This document shows, one piece after another, positions 23,159 through 31,930 of a stretch of DNA of 64,000 nt. Origin of the DNA: Dimorphilus gyrociliatus (Eukaryota > Animalia > Annelida); NCBI GenBank assembly GCA_904063045.1, contig CAJFCJ010000005.1, positions 2,396,088 to 2,460,087 of the forward strand, in the 5' to 3' direction. The notes below the pieces were generated by a model. That model was not told the DNA's origin, searched no databases, and saw only the letters and a list, made by a program, of their open reading frames with translations. Every line of letters starts with the position of its first letter. Position 1 is the first letter of the stretch. The translations under genes and the position numbers were made by a program.

Positions 23159-24352
23159 TTAAAAGTTACATTCAATTGGAAAGTGTTTAAATTTAATTGT
23201 AAACTCATCTGTTTGATTAATTAGGCAAAATATAATTTCTGTTTTTGTTATTCTATAATCCAAAAGCTTCTCAGCCGGAAATAGCTTATCTTTATCAAGA
23301 GAGATACCATTCTGATTGTTGGCTCCAACGAAGACAATATTTTTTGAATTGCAGAATAATATTTTACCTTTTTTAAGATTTTCAATAACATCGTAATAGA
23401 TTGAATAGCTCTCCTTTTCGGATTTACTAACATTTTGAGTTGCAAATTCATCATCTTTAAAAACGAATAGTGAACTTCCGGAAAATTGATATAAAATGTT
23501 TCCTTGCAATCTATTAGAAAGATTTGATATTTCTCTATCATATTTCCAAGCGTTAACAATATTACTAGTTTCTTTAGAAAATACCAACAGTTTATTCATA
23601 TCGTTTATTATTATATCGTCTTTTAGAACTGCAAAACCGGCTTCATTCGGATTGACGGCATTTCTTGGTAAAACATACTTAGTTTTCCCATAATTATCTT
23701 TTGATAACAATTGAATAACATAATGATTTTCAGTAAATTGCAGATACGAGAGTCCATTATCATACGTTGTTGATATATCATAAATCTTATTCTCCGTCCA
23801 AATGATAATTTCCTGAGTTTCAAGATTCACAATCTTATTCTTATTTTGTATATTATAGAAGCCGTGTCTATTTGAAATAACTTTACCAGGTTTTTCATTC
23901 AATTCAATTGAATGATTTTCAATTGGTTTCTCAAAGAAAGGTGTATTTAACTTTCCAATTTCAAAATGATCTAATATTTCCGATCTATCAAAGATTTTCT
24001 TCTTCCTCATTAAATTCTCCGAAGAGTACTTTAGTTTCTTGATAATAAGAGATAATTCTGATTGTAGGAATGGTATATTAGATTTTTTTTTAGCTTCGTA
24101 CAAACGTTTGATGTCGGAGAGAGCATGACAAAGATTTCTCTTCTTTTCTTCATTAAACGATAAAATCTCATTTTTAAGACTAATTTGTTTTGCTTTTACC
24201 TCATTTATTAATGTTATAATTTCATTATTTACTTTATTAATTTCAATTTCAGCCTCTTTATCAATATCATTAATATTTTGTCGGATTTCTTCAGTTAATT
24301 CCAGAAATTCTTGTTCCAATACACCATTTTCTTCGTTTAGATTACCTGCCAT
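23159..24352 (-). CDS. RING-less TRIM-NHL-like protein
   Basis: Intact 397 aa ORF with IYDISTTYDNGLSYL and KLFPAEKLLDYRITKTEIIFCL. Confidence 0.85.
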   Translation of the reverse strand: MAGNLNEENGVLEQEFLELTEEIRQNINDIDKEAEIEINKVNNEIITLINEVKAKQISLKNEILSFNEEKKRNLCHALSDIKRLYEAKKKSNIPFLQSELSLIIKKLKYSSENLMRKKKIFDRSEILDHFEIGKLNTPFFEKPIENHSIELNEKPGKVISNRHGFYNIQNKNKIVNLETQEIIIWTENKIYDISTTYDNGLSYLQFTENHYVIQLLSKDNYGKTKYVLPRNAVNPNEAGFAVLKDDIIINDMNKLLVFSKETSNIVNAWKYDREISNLSNRLQGNILYQFSGSSLFVFKDDEFATQNVSKSEKESYSIYYDVIENLKKGKILFCNSKNIVFVGANNQNGISLDKDKLFPAEKLLDYRITKTEIIFCLINQTDEFTIKFKHFPIECNF

Positions 24353-24617
24353 TGTACATTTGTTAAATCTCTGTTATTCTATGAAAAAGAAAAATCAAAT
24401 AAATAAATTATTGAAGGTCAAAGTCAATGTTTTTTCGAATCTTATCAGATTATATTTTCTTATTTGTGACCTAGCTGGAAGACGTCTGGAAATGATAATA
24501 CTTTTATTAACTATATATATACAGTATATATAATTCTTTCAAACATTTTTATAGAATAATCACGGAGTTGTAAAGTTATTTTAAAGTTTCGTAGTTCATT
24601 GAAAAAAATAACTTGGA

Positions 24618-24632
24618 AGCGCCATCTGGTGT
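24618..24632 (-). promoter_or_regulatory. CTCF-like motif
   Basis: Minus strand ACACCAGATGGCGCT matches the CCASYAGRKGGCRS-type consensus. It is a GC-rich 15-mer in AT-rich intergenic DNA. Confidence 0.6.
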
Positions 24633-24741
24633 GTGAGGAGTTGGATTTTTCATTAACATTTATTTTTTGAGGGGATTTCATAACAATGTCATCAGAAAAT
24701 GTATTCTTTATATTGCGAGAGGAATTAAAGAATAAATATGA

Positions 24742-24814
24742 AGCAGAATAGCACAGGAGGTAGTGCGCTAGGCTCATAACCTAGAGGTCCAAGGTTCGAT
24801 TCCTTGTTCTGCTT
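24742..24814 (+). tRNA. tRNA-Met(CAT) with mixed initiator/elongator features
   Basis: All 21 stem pairs are Watson-Crick: AGCAGAA/TTCTGCT, GCAC/GTGC, CTAGG/CCTAG, CAAGG/CCTTG. Anticodon loop CTCATAA, T-loop TTCGATT, downstream T5. Confidence 0.85.
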
Positions 24815-25472
24815 TAATGTTTTTACTTATCATTACTACCTATTTATTAAACATCAATTATCGGCTTAGATTCTTTCAATTTTGTCTTGAAAAACAGCTT
24901 TTTTCCTTTTAAATTCCTTAATTTGTAATTAAACTTATTCAATTCAACAGTTTTCTAATCTTCCATCTTTGTACCACTTTCTTCTCATAAATGAATCACA
25001 ATCGAAATTTATACGATGATTTCTCTTCAATTAATGAAAGATTTGTTGTTCATGATTGAAAAATACTATCAAGTCATTAACTGTTGAGCATCTTCAATAA
25101 AGAACTAATTACTAATTGTTTCTGTCTATACAAGTTGAGCTGTGTTTATTATTTTGTGTTAGGGTATTCTAACGAATTACACTATAAGCCTATTAGATAA
25201 TATTATATTAAAGAGACAAAAGTATCTGTCTAATAATTTACTTAAACTGATAGAAAAGGGTAAATTATTAAGGTAAAAGCAGTAAAAGCTCACTTGGGAA
25301 AAAGGTGAAGGACAACAATAAAAAAGAGGAAGAAGAGAGTTACCTTCTCTTGTTATTTTACCATATATTACGTTTGTTTGCTTTCATAAAGCGCACAGAA
25401 TATATGTATCGCTTCACTACTCAACGTAGCTTCAGACGATTAATCGAAATAGAAGATATTTTATTGGGAACT

Positions 25473-26687
25473 ATGGACGAAACAACGGCTGATATGCAAG
25501 AATTTGAAATTCAAAAATCATATATTGATAATACCAAAGAAATGGCTGAAGAAATTATTAACAAACTTAAGAAAATCGACGAAGAAAAGGAGAATGAAAC
25601 GAGTAAGCTAAATTATGAAATTACTAAATTAGTAGTTTCTATCCGTAATCAACAATCTTCAGTTCAAGATCAACTTAATAACTTCTATGAAAAGAAGAGA
25701 ACGATGCTATACGAAATTTATGAGAATATAAGAAAACTTGATAAATTAGCTGAAGGAGATTCGGAGGAAAATAATACCAATAATTTTTTAACGATAATGA
25801 GTAGAGTCAATACATTAACTGATAGTTTTAAGAGAAAAGAAGAAGCGTATTTAAAGACTGCCGAATTTTTTGATGGTTCTACCATTGGAAGATTATTTTT
25901 TACTACTCCAGATGTTCCGGTTCATGAATATTCTATTGTGGTTGAAGAAAAGCCAATAAAGGTTATATCAAACTCTGAAAGTTTCTTTACTATACAAGGT
26001 AAAAATCGTATTATTAATCTAAGGAATCAAGTAGTACTGGGTCAAGTTGCTGATACGATTGATGATATAGCAATAACTTCGGATGGTAGATTATCCTTTA
26101 TTATAGTTTATAATTGGGAAGAGAGCGCCGTTAATATCCTACCTAAAGGAACTCATAAACCAGAAGCGTATAAACTAGAAAATGCATTTCTTAGATCAGG
26201 AAATTGTAAATTTACAATTCTGAATGATAAAATAGTCGTTGGAGATGGAAATTTGACATCCATTTTCTCGACAGAGAGTAGAAAAAGAGAAAAAGTTTGG
26301 AGGTTATGGTCGTCCAGTCAACATTATAAAATTAAGGATAATACATTATATCAGCTATCCGATAATACTTGGGTATCTTATACAGATAATCAATTAGGAG
26401 AATTTCGCCAAGTTCACGATTATTCGGACACAACTACTCCGATACTTAAAGTTCTTATAAGAAAATTAGTAGCGGGAAATATACTGTTTTGCCTAAATGA
26501 CTATATAACATTAATTGATCCAGACAAGAAGAATGCTATCTCTATAAAAATGCAATTAATATTTCCCGATAAAACGTTATTGGACTATCAAATAAAGAAC
26601 GACGAAGTAATTCTCTGTCTTCATTGTAATATTGATCCATGTAAAATTTCCTTTATGCATTTTCCCTACAAATTCATCTTGAATTAA
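25473..26687 (+). CDS. RING-less TRIM-NHL-like protein (inverted relative to the array)
   Basis: Probable start MDETTADMQEF at 25473. Contains DDIAITSDGRLSFI (clearest NHL-like blade) and LIFPDKTLLDYQIKNDEVILCL. Confidence 0.85.
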   Translation: MDETTADMQEFEIQKSYIDNTKEMAEEIINKLKKIDEEKENETSKLNYEITKLVVSIRNQQSSVQDQLNNFYEKKRTMLYEIYENIRKLDKLAEGDSEENNTNNFLTIMSRVNTLTDSFKRKEEAYLKTAEFFDGSTIGRLFFTTPDVPVHEYSIVVEEKPIKVISNSESFFTIQGKNRIINLRNQVVLGQVADTIDDIAITSDGRLSFIIVYNWEESAVNILPKGTHKPEAYKLENAFLRSGNCKFTILNDKIVVGDGNLTSIFSTESRKREKVWRLWSSSQHYKIKDNTLYQLSDNTWVSYTDNQLGEFRQVHDYSDTTTPILKVLIRKLVAGNILFCLNDYITLIDPDKKNAISIKMQLIFPDKTLLDYQIKNDEVILCLHCNIDPCKISFMHFPYKFILN

Positions 26688-27120
26688 CTCTCCCTGTGAA
26701 GTTAGTATTTATCCCTTTTACAGCGTTTCTCCTCCTCCTTTATGTTGCAGGACTTTCTTTCGTTTATATTTGTTTATTATTAATCATTCATTTAATACAG
26801 AACTTTTAATAATAATATTTTAAAAAATATACTGCAATAGCAAGTTTAAAGTTCGAATTGAGATAGATTATCTACGCAAATCATTATTCTCCACCTACTT
26901 ACGCGCTTACCTCTTTTTCTAATACTTTTTTGCAGACAATCTTAAAATTATTGCGCAAACGAATATAATCACTGCATTAGTTCTTTTAATGAATCTTTCT
27001 AAGAAAAATAATTTTTATATTATAGAAATAATGATATTTATTAATCAATTTCCCATGACCTTTGAACTTTTAATCAATTTTTTTCCTTTACAAAAATACT
27101 TTTCCAACTTACTTCATCAA

Positions 27121-27191
27121 GCATTGGTGGTGTAGCGGTAGCATTGGTGCCTTCCAAGCACTAGACCCGGGTTCAACTCCCGGCCAATGCA
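27121..27191 (+). tRNA. tRNA-Gly(TCC) copy 3
   Basis: Identical to copy 1, followed by an oligo-T terminator. Confidence 0.95.
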
Positions 27192-27443
27192 TTGTGAATT
27201 TTTTTATGCGTTTTGCTGAAAATTCTCACCGATTTAAAATTGGATCCATCGTCTCTAACTGAACAATGAATGATGAGATCGTTATGCCTACTAGCTAGAG
27301 AGTCAATTCAAAATCTCTTATAATCTTTAAATAATCTAAATGAAATGCGCTAACCTTCTTTCCAAAACATTCTAGAACAAGTTAAACAGGAAAAAAGTAT
27401 GTCTTTTTGAACAGTTAGGTAAAATGCAAAAGAAAAAGTCACA

Positions 27444-27514
27444 TGCATTGGCCGGGAGTTGAACCCGGGTCTAGTGCTTGGAAGGCACCAATGCTACCGC
27501 TACACCACCAATGC
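27444..27514 (-). tRNA. tRNA-Gly(TCC) copy 4
   Basis: Exact reverse complement of copy 1. Confidence 0.95.
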
Positions 27515-27814
27515 TATATGATGAAGAAATGTTATTTATTGAAATGGCATCAAAGCTTAATTAAAATGTAATTAGTAAGGATGTAATTAGTCATTGCTAA
27601 TTTATAGACTATAAGCCATTCTTATATCTTCTATCCAGAATCATTGAAAGTTTGCATCTATTTTACTCTTCATATTGTTATATAGAATGACAAAATAAAA
27701 GCAATAAAAGCTAACAGTGTAATAATAGAGTATACTGCATTAGAGATAATATAACTTGTAAACTTGAGGATAATTCAACTTTTATCCTATCCACTTCTGA
27801 CTTCGTTTCCATTG

Positions 27815-28882
27815 TTAAGGTTGATCAATTTCGTAAGAGCAGATGCTCATTTCTTTGCCAATTTCTGCAAACGCTTTTATATAGACGGCTTGACAGTAGT
27901 TAAAACCACAAGTACATGTATATGTACAATCTGTCCCACTATATTCAGTTTTCAGTTTGCAGCCTCTAAATTGCCCAGAAAATATCGCATCAGTTTGATC
28001 ATCGAGGGGTATAAAGGTTGTTAAGCCCGTTAGGGGAGACTGTTCCGAAAAATGAAAACATTTAGACATATCTAATCCTCTTATTCTTATTTCAAACTCT
28101 GTGGTAGGTTTACCCAATGAAGGCCATGGTATTCGTAAATAGAATTCATTCTCAGCCGTTACTTTTACGCATGTATCAGCTAAATTGTCAGTTAGATTCG
28201 TGAGACGTTGACTCTTCTGATTTAGAGAGTTATGGAAAATTGGACCAATGAGACAAGTTGTTTGATAAGGCTTAGATCTAAATTTATCGCTGAAAACATT
28301 GCATAATTTCTTTCCCAAGAAACAAGAGTAATTATCTTTTTCGTGGGAAAGAGTAATATGAGTGCAACTTGAGGTTGCTTTACAGTTTGCGAGACAAGAA
28401 GTAAGGGGATCGCTCCTGTATGTAAGAAGTCTTTTAACTCCAGGTTCATCGTAGCAGTGGGCTTGAAAACAAGTTAATTCCGGATGAGCTTTCCTATTAT
28501 ATTGCATCTCTGATTTACTTTCAACAACAGTTGTTGTAACAACCTGAGATTTAATAGTACAAAACAAATCATCGACTACGTAAGAAAAGCTTGCACATGC
28601 TGGAATTTTTAAACATTCTTTAGCGCATTTAATGGCTGTTGAACTGCTGAATGTATTTAATATAACATTGTTACTTGTCTCTTTCCCATTCATCGTATTG
28701 AATCCACGAATGAAATTTTTCGAATAACTACAAATTCCAGAATTCCACATGCAACCATAAGCGATACACAAAGTTTCGTCTATCGACGATCCTCCACACT
28801 TAAACTTTACGGATGGAATTACAGATTGGACTCTAAAATTGAATAGTATAGAGTAGCTGATTAGAAATATATTCCAGTACAT
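27815..28882 (-). CDS. Secreted Cys-rich protein: trefoil-like + two PAN/apple-like domains + C-terminal domain
   Basis: Hydrophobic N-terminus. CGGSSIDETLCIAYGCMWNSGICSY is P-type trefoil-like; CAKECLKIPACASFSY..C and CLANCKATSSCTHIT..C are PAN-like. Intronless. Confidence 0.75.
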   Translation of the reverse strand: MYWNIFLISYSILFNFRVQSVIPSVKFKCGGSSIDETLCIAYGCMWNSGICSYSKNFIRGFNTMNGKETSNNVILNTFSSSTAIKCAKECLKIPACASFSYVVDDLFCTIKSQVVTTTVVESKSEMQYNRKAHPELTCFQAHCYDEPGVKRLLTYRSDPLTSCLANCKATSSCTHITLSHEKDNYSCFLGKKLCNVFSDKFRSKPYQTTCLIGPIFHNSLNQKSQRLTNLTDNLADTCVKVTAENEFYLRIPWPSLGKPTTEFEIRIRGLDMSKCFHFSEQSPLTGLTTFIPLDDQTDAIFSGQFRGCKLKTEYSGTDCTYTCTCGFNYCQAVYIKAFAEIGKEMSICSYEIDQP

Positions 28883-29085
28883 TATTCTTTACTTTATCCT
28901 TAGCTTAGCTATATTTATATTCAATTTAAGTAATTAATATTCATTAATATTATCAGAAATGTTAATTATGTATGAAAATAAAGAGGCGTTTATGAGAGGG
29001 GGAGGGGGCGTTTAAAGTGAAAAGGCTCAATTATAGGTTTCCTTTGTTGTTCATGTTTCAAATTTTAATGGCTGTTATTCATGAA

Positions 29086-29156
29086 GCATTGGTGGTGTAG
29101 CGGTAGCATTGGTGCCTTCCAAGCACTAGACCCGGGTTCAACTCCCGGCCAATGCA
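29086..29156 (+). tRNA. tRNA-Gly(TCC) copy 5
   Basis: Identical to copy 1, followed by T10. Confidence 0.95.
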
Positions 29157-29524
29157 TATGTTTTTTTTTTCCATGTATCAAATGTTAAACCAAAAAATGT
29201 TGGAAAAGTTTGTGTTTTGGGTGGATAACCCTATTTATTACATTTTAAAAAGGAAGCCATATCCACAGCCTTCGCTCTTTCGTTTATGAAATATTAATGC
29301 TAAGTTTGCTTTATCTACAATACGAAACTAATAGTTAGCTTAGTAATACATAAAGGCTTATCTTATCATCTCTAACATTCCACTTAAAAACTTTACTATT
29401 TAAGCTGTAAAATCATAAAGTTTTCAGCGGTTATTCTTTATTTAATCAGCATTAACGTAAGGTTTAAAGTTGATTTTGAAAAAAAAGAATCTTATTCTCT
29501 TTTACAAATTGTTCATAAAAACTC

Positions 29525-30013
29525 ATGGATTGTCCATTTTGCTTTCGTACTATTACGACTAAACAAACTTCTTCATTTGGTTTTAGATTAGGAGATTACA
29601 TCTGTTCAAAATGTATAAAGGAGAAAAAATTGAATAAAAAGTATTCAATTGAGAATAATACTCACAAGTTTTCTTTCAAAACTCGTCGTATAACACCAAA
29701 TAAAGAAGATGTTGTTAATGTTAAACACAATTCAAAGTTAGAATTGAATTTTAACAGTGAAAATCAATGTTCAGACATTCAATTAGAAGAGACAAAAAAC
29801 GGCGAAGAAGAGTTTAATAGAATAATTAAATCTTGTCAAGAAATAAATAATTTACAACGCGAAATAAATGAAAAGAGAGAGGATTTGTTAAACGATATCG
29901 AAAGGTTAGAAAGAAGGCCGTAGTTGTTTAAAATTGGACTATTAAATGAAAAGAAAAATTATACAACACTTCTAAAAGGGTCAAATCTTAAAGAACATGT
30001 TTATTTCAATTAA
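29525..30013 (+). pseudogene. Degenerate RING-coiled coil fragment of the TRIM-like family
   Basis: MDCPFC...YICSKC with the other RING ligands lost. Coiled coil is interrupted by TAG at 29921-29923, the frame continues 29 codons, and there is no propeller. Confidence 0.6.
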
Positions 30014-30351
30014 TAAAAGACGCTTTTTTGTTAAATATTATGAATAATTAAAGAAATAAATATTAAAAAAAAGATTCATACTTTCTTATTACTTGAACCA
30101 TTAAAAAATATTTAAAAGGATTGAAACTGTAAAAAGATAGCCTATTATGCTGTTTTTTGTTGTTGTATGTATATTATCTATTTTTATCTAGACGTATAAT
30201 TAAAGTTATAAATATATAGATAATATAACAATAATATACTATACTTCAAAATGTAAATCATGATTAATTGAAATTGAGGAAGAAAAAAGCTTTTATTGGT
30301 CTCTACGACACCTCTGAGCACACCTGTTAGTGTTCTCAAGCGTTGACAAGA

Positions 30352-30380
30352 CGACAGACAGACAGACAGATAGACAGAGA
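30352..30380. repeat. (GACA)n/GA microsatellite
   Basis: Direct GACA repeats just 3' of the GPCR stop. Confidence 0.7.
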
Positions 30381-30479
30381 GAAGAAATTATTATCAATAA
30401 CCTACATACAGAGATATACATACACTTCATATACTGTATATATTATAATTCAATACAGTAATAACTATCAGTGTGCTGT

Positions 30480-31520
30480 TTACTCTTTCACCGACTTAGC
30501 TATTTGCTCACTGTGATTTGTTGTATGTCTGGTATTATAATTGCTATTCTTATAGCCAAACAATTTAAACATTTCTTTAATAAAAGTTTTTCCAGATAGG
30601 CAATAGAATACAAAATTAACCACGTGATTAAAGCTATTAAATGAGATAAGAATTTCAGATATAAAGTATTGCGGTTGAGGTATACCGCGACTTGTATCTA
30701 CTGTTCGAAAGTATATTGTTAACAAAGAAAGTGGTACAGTAAAGATAATGAACGCTGAAGATACTAAAATTGTTGTCATGGTTAATCTCTTTGCGGAATC
30801 TCTTAATTTCGTGCTCTTGTCTTTCATACTATCTTCTGTGGAGGTTATATGACTTTTCAAGCTTCTTATCATGAGTACATTTAATATTACTAGTAAGGTT
30901 GATGGAATTAGCGAATAAACCACAATATAGTTTGTTAAAATGTGAGTTCTAAAGATATCAAAGATTTTGGTGTAGGATGACGAACATATGATAAGATTTT
31001 TCGATAGTCTTATTCCTTTATCGTAGATGACGAGAGGTAGAAAGAACAAGATGCAAGAGTATAAATACAAACACGCAACAACTTTATTACACCTTCCAAC
31101 AGTAGACCATACTTTTGCTTTCGTTGGCCAACTAACGCAAATATATCGATCAAAGGTTACCGCCACAAGACACATGGATGAAATTTGATTTGCGCTTAGT
31201 CCAAGAAAATACGTAATTTTGCAGTTAAACCACATATAAGTTTCCGGTGACATCTTTTCAATCAAGAAAAAGCTTATACCTCTTATCGAATAGCTAAAGT
31301 TGACAAGAAAGTCAGCCAATGAGACAAATGCCATATAGCGAAATAGAGTTGTATTTTTTAAATTACTCTTGAATATTGTTATAATTGATATTAAATTGAA
31401 TGGTATTCCAAATACAACGCCAATTGGGAATGATATATATGGAAATATTTTTGGTGTAAGCCAATCCAATTTGGACATTTCACTCCCAAAAAAGTTAGTA
31501 CTATTCATTGTTTTCTTCAC
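30480..31520 (-). CDS. Rhodopsin-class peptide-receptor-like GPCR (orphan), intronless
   Basis: Seven hydrophobic segments with GIPFNLISI, SLADFL, VTFDRYICV, YSLIPSTLLVILN and FNHVVNFVFYCLSGKTF. Confidence 0.9.
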   Translation of the reverse strand: MKKTMNSTNFFGSEMSKLDWLTPKIFPYISFPIGVVFGIPFNLISIITIFKSNLKNTTLFRYMAFVSLADFLVNFSYSIRGISFFLIEKMSPETYMWFNCKITYFLGLSANQISSMCLVAVTFDRYICVSWPTKAKVWSTVGRCNKVVACLYLYSCILFFLPLVIYDKGIRLSKNLIICSSSYTKIFDIFRTHILTNYIVVYSLIPSTLLVILNVLMIRSLKSHITSTEDSMKDKSTKLRDSAKRLTMTTILVSSAFIIFTVPLSLLTIYFRTVDTSRGIPQPQYFISEILISFNSFNHVVNFVFYCLSGKTFIKEMFKLFGYKNSNYNTRHTTNHSEQIAKSVKE

Positions 31521-31930
31521 TCTATAAAAGATTTTTGTTGACTGGTGAGAAGAGTGTTTGACCTGTTATAAATATCCATAATTTTGATAATGAGCTGCTA
31601 ATTAAAATTTTAAACCTGCCGCAAACAATATATTTTAGAGTTTGAAAGATGAGTTTATGTGATAGTTTGAGCCCCACCTTATATTAATAACTGCTTTATT
31701 CAACCTATTTTTATTAGCAATAAGGGTACCGGCAAGACAAGGAACATTACAAAATAATCAATCAATATAAGGGAGGAAAAATTAGGTCATGTTTCTTTTA
31801 CAATCTATCCTTTTGTAATTAGTACATTAAAATTTCATGACAAATATTAATTAATTTACAAATAAATATACAGTATATATATATAAGAAATAATTCAAAT
31901 TTCATTCAATTTCTTGGGAAAATAGAGAAA

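Noticed and set aside
24850-25130. Possible decayed coiled-coil reading frame on the minus strand
   Set aside because: Six or more stops and no recognisable family motif; not distinguishable from AT-rich noise.
25305-25472. GTG-initiated 56-aa N-terminal extension in the ORF track
   Set aside because: No counterpart in paralogs; the ATG at 25473 gives a typical family N-terminus.
28995-29012. G-rich GGAGGGGGCG as a third CTCF site or G-quadruplex
   Set aside because: It lacks the upstream half of the CTCF consensus and has too few G-tracts for a canonical G4.
18838-29156. Identical 71-bp repeats as a CRISPR-like array
   Set aside because: They are full tRNA genes at irregular kb-scale spacing in a eukaryotic genome.
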